Source of the DNA: Clostridiales bacterium
GTDB taxonomy: Bacteria > Bacillota > Clostridia > Lachnospirales > Lachnospiraceae
Direction of reading: 5' to 3'
Assembly: GCA_021204765.1 (NCBI GenBank)
Contig: JAJPYU010000233.1
Span: 1-33,907, forward strand
Length of the DNA stretch: 33,907 bases
Below are positions 27,068-33,907 of the stretch, in pieces. Below the pieces are notes generated by a model that saw nothing but the letters and a program-made list of their open reading frames with translations, was not told where the DNA came from and made no database searches. How positions within the stretch are numbered: position 1 is the stretch's first letter; each line of letters begins with the position of its first letter. The translations under genes were made by a program, and so were the position numbers.

Positions 27068-27487
27068 ATGAACGGCATCCATTATACCTTTCAGGTGGAC
27101 GGTGAAGATTTCACCCGTGCCGGTGAGGCCAGCAGCCGCCTGAAGTCGAAATTAAAACAGATGAACCTGCCTCCTGACGCCGTCCGCAGATGCGCCATCG
27201 CCATATATGAGGGAGAGATCAACATGGTGATCCATGCAAACGGCGGCGTCATTGATGTGGATGTCATGCCGGATCACGTTCAGATGGTCTTAAAGGATGT
27301 CGGCCCCGGCATCCCGGATATAGATCAGGCCATGCAGGAGGGATTTTCCACAGCGGACGGCAAGGTAAACGAGATGGGCTTCGGTGCCGGCATGGGACTG
27401 CCCAACATGAAGCGGGCTTCCGATGAGATCCGTATTGATACCGAGCTGGGTGTCGGCACCACGGTGACTATGAGAATTGATTTCTGA
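27068..27487 (+). CDS. Anti-sigma regulatory factor / RsbT-like Ser/Thr kinase
   Basis: DFTRAGEAS, YEGEINMVIHA.GG, DVGPGIPDI..AMQEGFST and GFGAGMGLPNMK motifs; start reassigned to ATG 27068. Confidence 0.9.
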   Translation: MNGIHYTFQVDGEDFTRAGEASSRLKSKLKQMNLPPDAVRRCAIAIYEGEINMVIHANGGVIDVDVMPDHVQMVLKDVGPGIPDIDQAMQEGFSTADGKVNEMGFGAGMGLPNMKRASDEIRIDTELGVGTTVTMRIDF

Positions 27488-27569
27488 CGCGAGATCACAG
27501 TGTGACAGGAAATGATCTCTCACAGTTGTTTTTGCCGCTAAATTGCAAAGGCGGCGGAATGGAGTTTCC

Positions 27570-28841
27570 ATGAACAAATTTTACCATTCAGTATATTTAA
27601 GTGAGGACAGATGCGGAGGATGCTTTACCTGCCTGAAACGCTGCCCTACACAAGCCATACGTATACATAACAGAAAAGCTTCCATCATTCCTGAGTTCTG
27701 CATTGACTGCGGGGAATGCTGCAGGCACTGCCCCCATCACGCCAAACGCGCCCGCAGGGATCATCTGGATGAATTCAAAGAGGATTTCTCATATCTGGTA
27801 GCTCTGCCAGCTCCCGCACTCTACAGCCAGTTCAACCACATGGAGGACGTGAATATCATCCTCTCCGCCATTCTGCTCTCCGGTTTTGACGATGTCTTTG
27901 AGGTAAGCGCCGGAGCTGAGGTGGTATCCATGTCCACCAGGAAGTATATCGCAGAGCATCAGGACCAGTGGCCGCTTATCAGCACAGCCTGTCCTACCAT
28001 AGAGAGGCTTATCAGAGTACGTTTCCCGAACCTTATCCCTCATCTTCTGCCTATACTGCCTCCCATGGAAGTGGCTGCTAAGCTGGCCAGGGAGAGAGCC
28101 ATGAAAAAGACCGGTCTTTCCTCCGATGAGATAGGCATAGTCTTCATCTCCCCCTGTCCCTCAAAGGTTGCTTTCCTCCGCTCCCCTCTGGGCCTGGAAA
28201 AAAGCAATGTGGACAGAGCCATAGCCATTAAAGACTTTTATCCTCTCCTGCTCTCCCACATGAATGAGGCTGAAAAGGATATTAAAAAGCTCTCACTTTC
28301 CGGACGGATCGGCAAGGGCTGGGCAATCAGCGGAGGGGAATCTGTCGGCATAGACTCGGGCGAGTACCTGGCTGCTGACGGCATAGAAAATGTTATCAGG
28401 GTTCTGGAGGATCTGGAAGATGAGAAGTTTGAACACAGTCTCCGCTTCGTGGAATTGAACGCCTGCAGCGCCGGCTGTGTCGGAGGCGTCCTCACAGTTG
28501 AAAATGCGTATTTAGCCAAAACCAAGACCACCCGCATGACACGCCGTGAAGCCATCACCAGGCCGGCTCATGAACTCATCGCAAAACGCGACCTTACCAC
28601 CTTTGACTGGTCCTCTCCCATCACTTACGAGAATGTCTACAGCCTGGGAGAAGACATCTTCGAAAGCATGGAGAATATGGAAAAGGTGGAAACCATCCGG
28701 GATCAGCTTCCCAAACTGGACTGCGGCTGCTGCGGAGCCCCTACCTGCATGGCCCTGGCCAAGGACATAGTCATGGGAAGGGAAAATGCCTGTATTGAAG
28801 ACTGTATATTTTTAGAGACATCATCAGACAGGGAAGAATAA
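27570..28841 (+). CDS. Atypical, putatively sensory [FeFe]-hydrogenase-like protein (group C/D type)
   Basis: N-terminal 2x4Fe-4S; variant H-cluster motifs STACPTI, SPCPSK and ELNACSAGCVGG; C-terminal FeS domain LDCGCCGAPTC; start ATG 27570 with a GGAG SD. Confidence 0.87.
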   Translation: MNKFYHSVYLSEDRCGGCFTCLKRCPTQAIRIHNRKASIIPEFCIDCGECCRHCPHHAKRARRDHLDEFKEDFSYLVALPAPALYSQFNHMEDVNIILSAILLSGFDDVFEVSAGAEVVSMSTRKYIAEHQDQWPLISTACPTIERLIRVRFPNLIPHLLPILPPMEVAAKLARERAMKKTGLSSDEIGIVFISPCPSKVAFLRSPLGLEKSNVDRAIAIKDFYPLLLSHMNEAEKDIKKLSLSGRIGKGWAISGGESVGIDSGEYLAADGIENVIRVLEDLEDEKFEHSLRFVELNACSAGCVGGVLTVENAYLAKTKTTRMTRREAITRPAHELIAKRDLTTFDWSSPITYENVYSLGEDIFESMENMEKVETIRDQLPKLDCGCCGAPTCMALAKDIVMGRENACIEDCIFLETSSDREE

Positions 28842-28897
28842 TATGATAATACACAAATTTATATCACCAACAAAAAGGTGACAGAATGGAGTTTATT

Positions 28898-29227
28898 ATG
28901 ACTGTAAAAGAAATTATCGACAAACTGGATCTGGAAGTTATTAATCCCGGCGACCTTGACGCCAAGGTTAACGAGCCCTACTGCTGTGACCTCTTAAGCG
29001 TCGCCATGGGAAATGCCCCCGCAGGCTGCGCCTGGTGCACCGTGATGTCCAATATGAATACCCTGGCAGTGGCAAGCCTGGCGGACTGCGCCTGCATTAT
29101 CCTGTGCTGCCACGCCAATGTGGATGACAATATGAAGCTTAAAGCGGTGTCCCAGGACATCTGTCTGCTCCGCACAGACAAGGCCATCTTCGACACTGCC
29201 CTTGCCATCTATCAGCTGATCAAATGA
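28898..29227 (+). CDS. Second DRTGG-like protein
   Basis: YCCDLLS.AM..AP...AW.TV..N.N.LAVA.L pattern; start at 28898 with a GGAG SD. Confidence 0.82.
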   Translation: MTVKEIIDKLDLEVINPGDLDAKVNEPYCCDLLSVAMGNAPAGCAWCTVMSNMNTLAVASLADCACIILCCHANVDDNMKLKAVSQDICLLRTDKAIFDTALAIYQLIK

Positions 29228-29940
29228 CCAGGCTCTCCTACGACCTGCACATCCATTCCTGCCTTTCGCCCTGCGGAGACGACGAGAGCACGCCGGCGAA
29301 CATAGTGGGAATGGCAAAGGTAATAGGCCTGGATCTCATCGCCCTGACAGACCACAGCTCCTGCAAAAACTGTCCCGCCTTCGCTGCGGCAGCGGACGCC
29401 TACGGCATGCGGGTACTCTTCGGCATGGAGCTTACCACTGCGGAGGAAGTCCACGTCCTCTGCTATTTTGCGACCCTTGACGATGCCATGGCTTTCGACG
29501 CTTATGTCTACGGTCATCTCCCGGACATTCCCAATGTGCCTGCTTTCTTCGGGAATCAGTATATATATGGCTCCGATGATACCATCACGGGGACGGAGCT
29601 GAAGCTTCTTATCTCCGCGACAGACATACCCTTCGATGCGGTCTACGACCTGGTCTGCTCCTACCACGGCATCATGGTGCCGGCCCACATCACGAAGGCG
29701 ACGACCAGTCTCCTCGGAAACCTGGGATTCATACCGGACGGGTCAAAATTCACCTGTATCGAATTAAAAAACAAAGCCGAATGGAGTGTATTGCAGAATA
29801 CTTATCCTCATTTAAAACATTGCAATATGATAACCAGCTCAGATGCACATGATCTGAACTCGTTAAATGAACCTGTAAACTTCCTCGAGGTCAAAGACAA
29901 ATCAACCATATCTATTTTAGAATCTATTGCTCTCGCGTGA
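29224..29940 (+). CDS. PHP-domain phosphoesterase
   Basis: DLHIHSCLSPC, ALTDH, EEVH, PAH and SSDAH metal-binding motifs. Confidence 0.92.
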   Translation: MTRLSYDLHIHSCLSPCGDDESTPANIVGMAKVIGLDLIALTDHSSCKNCPAFAAAADAYGMRVLFGMELTTAEEVHVLCYFATLDDAMAFDAYVYGHLPDIPNVPAFFGNQYIYGSDDTITGTELKLLISATDIPFDAVYDLVCSYHGIMVPAHITKATTSLLGNLGFIPDGSKFTCIELKNKAEWSVLQNTYPHLKHCNMITSSDAHDLNSLNEPVNFLEVKDKSTISILESIALA

Positions 29941-29950
29941 GCACCCTAAA

Positions 29951-30166
29951 TCATCTTTTCTTATTATGCATCTCGCCTAAATTCTCTACTGTCCCGTCAG
30001 GCCTCACCACATCAATGTTGTCCAACTGAGTCTTTACATTATTTTTGAAAGCGTCTATGAATTCCGCACGGAGCATGGCCTGTTCATCCTTCTCTTCGAC
30101 GGTAAGTCCTTCCGCTTTAGATTTATGGTAGAGCTCGTTTATACGGGCGATCTTTTCTTCTGTCAT
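29951..30166 (-). CDS. DUF896 / YnzC (UPF0291) family protein
   Basis: KIARINELYHKSKAEGLT.EEK.EQ..LR.EFI signature. Confidence 0.9.
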   Translation of the reverse strand: MTEEKIARINELYHKSKAEGLTVEEKDEQAMLRAEFIDAFKNNVKTQLDNIDVVRPDGTVENLGEMHNKKR

Positions 30167-30182
30167 ATACTCTCTCCTGATA

Positions 30183-30287
30183 AAGGGAAGCGACGCTGCT
30201 AAGCTCAGTCTTCGCTTCCCTTGACTTCGCTAAACGCCGCATACATGAGAAAAAACACCAATCAGTCTTCGCCCCTGGCTTGACTTC
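30183..30287. repeat. Hairpin plus a duplicated bipartite motif upstream of the DUF896 gene
   Basis: AAGGGAAGCGA/TCGCTTCCCTT arms (30183-30193, 30212-30222); TCAGTCTTCGC-N4/N6-CTTGACTTC occurs twice (30205-30228, 30262-30287). Confidence 0.6.
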
Positions 30288-30298
30288 CTGGGCTTTTA

Positions 30299-30328
30299 CA
30301 TAAAAGCGGGGTCGTATGACCCCGCTTT
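30299..30328 (-). terminator. Rho-independent terminator of the rnf operon
   Basis: AAAGCGGGGTC-ATAC-GACCCCGCTTTTATGT, 18 bp after the rnfB stop. Confidence 0.78.
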
Positions 30329-30346
30329 AAGTTTAAATAGCTGCTC

Positions 30347-31138
30347 TCAGAAGATGATCTTCTTCGGGCACTTCTCTGCGCACTTGCCGCAGCCCGTGCA
30401 CTTGTCCTGATCAATGTGGGCGATATTATTCTCCACCGTGATGGCGTCGAACTCGCAGACCTTCTGGCACATCTTACACCCGATGCATCCGGCCTTGCAG
30501 GCCTGCATGACCTTCTTACCCATATCCTGGGAAGAGCACTGTACCATGTGGGTGGCGTCGTAGGGCACCAGCTCTATGATGTGCTGCGGGCACACATTGA
30601 TGCACTTGCTGCAGGCCTTGCAGTTATCCTTGTCCACTACTGCCACACCGTTTCTTACATGGATGGCGTCAAAGGGGCAGGCCATAGCGCACTCGCCGAA
30701 GCCCAGACAGCCATAGTTACAGGTCTTGGGACCTCCGTTGGAGATATTCTTCACCATGGCGCAGGACATCTCCCCGATGTAATTGTAGTCGAAGTGGGCC
30801 ATGTCGCTGGTGCCGGAGCACTTGACGAAAGCCACCATGCGCTTGGCGTCTCCGACCTCCTCGCCCATTATGGCGCCGATCTTCGCCGCCACCGGCGGAC
30901 CTCCCACAGGACAGCCGCTCACCTCAGCCTCACCCTTTACGATGGCCGCAGCCAGGCCTGAACAGCCGGGATATCCGCAGCCTCCGCAGTTATTTCCGGG
31001 AAGGACCCCGATGATCTCTTCCTCCCGGGGATCCACTTCCACCTTGAACTTCTCACCGGCGATACCCAGGACGATACCGATGACGATACCTACTACAGCT
31101 ACGACTACAGTCGCGATTATGATAGCCTGTACATTCAT
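30347..31138 (-). CDS. rnfB: Rnf complex subunit B
   Basis: TM anchor, [25 protein letters not shown] and multiple 4Fe-4S motifs; start ATG 31138 after GGAGGTG. Confidence 0.95.
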   Translation of the reverse strand: MNVQAIIIATVVVAVVGIVIGIVLGIAGEKFKVEVDPREEEIIGVLPGNNCGGCGYPGCSGLAAAIVKGEAEVSGCPVGGPPVAAKIGAIMGEEVGDAKRMVAFVKCSGTSDMAHFDYNYIGEMSCAMVKNISNGGPKTCNYGCLGFGECAMACPFDAIHVRNGVAVVDKDNCKACSKCINVCPQHIIELVPYDATHMVQCSSQDMGKKVMQACKAGCIGCKMCQKVCEFDAITVENNIAHIDQDKCTGCGKCAEKCPKKIIF

Positions 31139-31151
31139 CTGCTGCACCTCC

Positions 31152-31727
31152 TTATATCACGCCGGAGAAGCCCATGAATGCAATGGACATAAGTCCCGCA
31201 GTCACCAGGACGATGGCTGAGCCCCTAAAGGGGTTCGGGACGGCATTGTACTCCATCTTCTCGCGGATGCTGGCCATGATGACGATGGCAATGCAGAAGC
31301 CCACTGCCGTCGCCAGGCCGTTGACGGTGCTTACCCCGATGCCATAGCCGTACTGCACGTTATTAAGGGCAACTCCCAGCACTGCGCAGTTCGTAGTGAT
31401 AAGGGGAAGGAAAACGCCCAGAGCGTTGTACAGACTCGGCACGGACTTCTTCAGGAACATCTCAACAAACTGCACCAGAGCGGCGATAACCAGTATGAAG
31501 ACGATGGTCCGTAAGTATACCAGGTCAAATTTCTGTAAAATAAACTTATCTAATACGCTGGTCACGAAGGACGCGATGGTGATAACGAAGATAACTGCCA
31601 CGCCCATTCCGGCGGCGGTATTGGTCTTTTTTGATACGCCGAAGAAAGGACACAGACCCAGGAACTGGCTCAGCACGACGTTATTTACAACCGCGGAACC
31701 TATTGCGATCAAAAGAACTTCTTTCAT
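31152..31727 (-). CDS. rnfA: Rnf complex subunit A
   Basis: [14 protein letters not shown] and [12 protein letters not shown] motifs; start reassigned to ATG 31727 (191 aa, GGAGGTG SD). Confidence 0.95.
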   Translation of the reverse strand: MKEVLLIAIGSAVVNNVVLSQFLGLCPFFGVSKKTNTAAGMGVAVIFVITIASFVTSVLDKFILQKFDLVYLRTIVFILVIAALVQFVEMFLKKSVPSLYNALGVFLPLITTNCAVLGVALNNVQYGYGIGVSTVNGLATAVGFCIAIVIMASIREKMEYNAVPNPFRGSAIVLVTAGLMSIAFMGFSGVI

Positions 31728-31740
31728 CTGAACCCACCTC

Positions 31741-32487
31741 CTATTCTTTATCGTCGGTACCGGCGGTGATGACTTTCTTCTCCTCATCCACTGCGCAGAC
31801 ACCCTCGCTGCATGAACCACAGTCGCCTGCCAGGCAGCCGGCTGACTTCTTCACCTTCAGACCCCTATTCTTTCTGGCCTGTCTGTAAGCATTCTGGATG
31901 GCAATGAGCATTGCCAGCACGAAGAATGCGCCGGGTGCCAGAACGAAGATGGTGATAGGTGTGTATCCGTGCATACCCCAGGCGGAGTCAGCCAGAGGCA
32001 GAAGCTGGAAACCGAAGATCTGTCCGGATCCCAGGATCTCACGGACGATACCGATGCAGGTGAGGCCTAAAGTAAAGCCTAAGCCCATGCCGATACCATC
32101 GAACACGGAAAGGACGGGACCGTTCTTGGAGGCGTAGCTCTCAGCACGGCCCAGGATGATGCAGTTGACCACGATCAGGGGGATGTATATGCCCAGTGAA
32201 TCGTAGAGGCTGGGTACAAAGCCCTCTAAGAGCAGCTGCACTATGGTGACCAGAGACGCGACCACCACTATAAATGCGGGGACGCGCACCTTGTCAGGTA
32301 TGATCTTTCTAAGCAGGGAGATGATCAGGTTGGAGCAGACCAGCACCAGGGTGGTGGAGAGTCCCATTCCCACGCCGTTAATTGCGGATGTGGTGACAGC
32401 CAGTGTGGGGCACATACCCAGCATCAGCACAAAGGTGGGATTTTCCTTGATCAGACCGTTGTATACACGTTCAATATATTTATTCAC
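31741..32487 (-). CDS. rnfE: Rnf complex subunit E
   Basis: ENPTFVLMLGMCPTLAVT, IPLIVVNCIILGRAE and LAPGAF motifs. Confidence 0.95.
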   Translation of the reverse strand: MNKYIERVYNGLIKENPTFVLMLGMCPTLAVTTSAINGVGMGLSTTLVLVCSNLIISLLRKIIPDKVRVPAFIVVVASLVTIVQLLLEGFVPSLYDSLGIYIPLIVVNCIILGRAESYASKNGPVLSVFDGIGMGLGFTLGLTCIGIVREILGSGQIFGFQLLPLADSAWGMHGYTPITIFVLAPGAFFVLAMLIAIQNAYRQARKNRGLKVKKSAGCLAGDCGSCSEGVCAVDEEKKVITAGTDDKE

Positions 32488-33112
32488 TGATCAGTTCACC
32501 TCCTGTCTCATCTATCAGATATCTGTAATAGACCAGGGTGGAATTCACCGCGTTGGTCACAGCACGTGAGGTAATGGTGGCGCCGCTTATGGCATCGATC
32601 TCCTCATCGGAGGTGGAACCTGTCTTGGTGACCACGAAAGCATCCACCTGCTTTCCGGCGTACTGGGAGGAGAAATCCTCATCCTTGGACTTCATGCCCA
32701 GGCCGGCGGTATCACTGATATCTGTTATGGAATATCCGTTTACTGTGCCGTCAAGCTGTATACCCACGGACAGAGTGACGTCTCCGCCGTAGCTGTTCGG
32801 GTCTGTGGCGGAAATGACGTAACCCAGCATATTGCCGGAGGAGTCCACCGCCTGTACACAGCTGTCTATGGTATCGTCTGTGTACCCCTCCGCATCTATG
32901 ACTGTCTGGGCATCCTCAGTTGTGAAATCAGGATAATCAACAAACTCGGTGGCATCAGGGAACACAGCCTGATAAGCCTCAGCCAGAGCCTCCGCCTCGG
33001 CCGCAGCTATGGGCTCAAGAGTGATCTCGTGCACTGCGCCCAGGCCGAAACCGGCCACCAGGGTGATGACGAAGAGTATGAGGGCATCTTTCATGATAGA
33101 CTTCTTATTCAT
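32480..33112 (-). CDS. rnfG: Rnf complex subunit G
   Basis: N-terminal anchor, TAGLG, and the FMN attachment motif DAISGATITS. Confidence 0.94.
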   Translation of the reverse strand: MNKKSIMKDALILFVITLVAGFGLGAVHEITLEPIAAAEAEALAEAYQAVFPDATEFVDYPDFTTEDAQTVIDAEGYTDDTIDSCVQAVDSSGNMLGYVISATDPNSYGGDVTLSVGIQLDGTVNGYSITDISDTAGLGMKSKDEDFSSQYAGKQVDAFVVTKTGSTSDEEIDAISGATITSRAVTNAVNSTLVYYRYLIDETGGELISE

Positions 33113-33907
33113 TACTTGTCCCCTCCTTTCTTCGCCTTCTCAGGCTTCACGTAACCGAAATGCTTCGGCACGGTGAAACGCTCGATGAGCGGGACCAGCA
33201 TGTTGGCGAAAATGATGGAGTAGGAGCATCCCTCTGCAGAGGCACCGAAGAGACGGAAGATACCCAGCAGGCATCCGCAGATGATGCCGTAGATGATCTT
33301 GCCTCTCGGCGTGATAGGCGAGGTGACATAATCCGTGGCCATGAAGAAGGCACCCAGCATCAGGCCGCCGCCGCAGAGCTCCTGGATCACGAAGGGAAGC
33401 AGGTCCCCACTGGTCAAGTGTCCGCCGAAAAGGATGATAAACACCGCGAAGGTGATGATGTAAGCGAAGGGGATCTTCAGGTCAATGATGCCGCGGGCCA
33501 CCAGTATGATAGCCCCAATAAATATAGCTATGACCGAAGTCTCACCGATAGTACCGGAAATGCGGCCGGTAAACATGGCCATGGTATTGCTGTAGAGCTC
33601 GCCGTTTGCCAGATAGGAAAGGGGCGTAGCACTGGAGGCGGTATCCACTCCCACCGATGCGAAGGTGGTCATGGGGCCGGTAAAGGCCAGCAGCAAAAAG
33701 CACCTGGCGCCCAGGGCCGGGTTCATGAAATTCTGTCCCAGTCCTCCAAAGAGCATCTTCACCACGATGATGGCGAAGCCGCCGCCTATCATGCAGATCC
33801 AGAAGGGGATCTGGCTTGACAGGTTAAGAGCCAGCAGCAGGCCGGTGACTATGCAGCTTAAATCTCCCACGGACTGCTTTCTGTGGGTGATCCTGTTAAA
33901 CAAGAAC
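33112..33907 (-). CDS. rnfD: Rnf complex subunit D, 3' part (start lies outside the window)
   Basis: FGGLGQNFMNPAL, SSATPL FMN site, GTIGETS and FFMATDYVTSP motifs. Confidence 0.95.
   Translation of the reverse strand, partial: FLFNRITHRKQSVGDLSCIVTGLLLALNLSSQIPFWICMIGGGFAIIVVKMLFGGLGQNFMNPALGARCFLLLAFTGPMTTFASVGVDTASSATPLSYLANGELYSNTMAMFTGRISGTIGETSVIAIFIGAIILVARGIIDLKIPFAYIITFAVFIILFGGHLTSGDLLPFVIQELCGGGLMLGAFFMATDYVTSPITPRGKIIYGIICGCLLGIFRLFGASAEGCSYSIIFANMLVPLIERFTVPKHFGYVKPEKAKKGGDK

Overview
Chromosomal window from a Clostridia-type bacterium; gene order and protein style suggest Lachnospiraceae (inference). The first ~18 kb is a minus-strand run of housekeeping genes: partial glgA, lexA with SOS boxes, recG, DAK2/fakA, Asp23, rpmB, ytfJ/ytfI-like, NUDIX, a SEDS-bPBP pair, U32 family, zapA, ruvB, ruvA, a NusG-II-domain protein and miaB. 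From 18.4 kb to the end is an H2/redox island. It holds a Rex-box-preceded bifurcating [FeFe]-hydrogenase operon (hydC-GHKL ATPase-hydD-hydB-hydA), a group B-type hydrogenase, and a divergent DRTGG-kinase-atypical hydrogenase-DRTGG-PHP operon, followed by rnfDGEAB. Main anomalies: (i) hydB has an in-frame TGA at a conserved Cys inside a cluster of odd substitutions; (ii) the PAS sensory hydrogenase and the SpoIIE-type phosphatase survive only as deleted or frameshifted relics, two fragments of which are missing from the ORF track; (iii) several intergenic palindromes and a two-copy MITE/REP-like element; (iv) a 200-nt two-frame overlap between the SEDS and PBP genes. No tRNA, rRNA, CRISPR array or transposase was seen.
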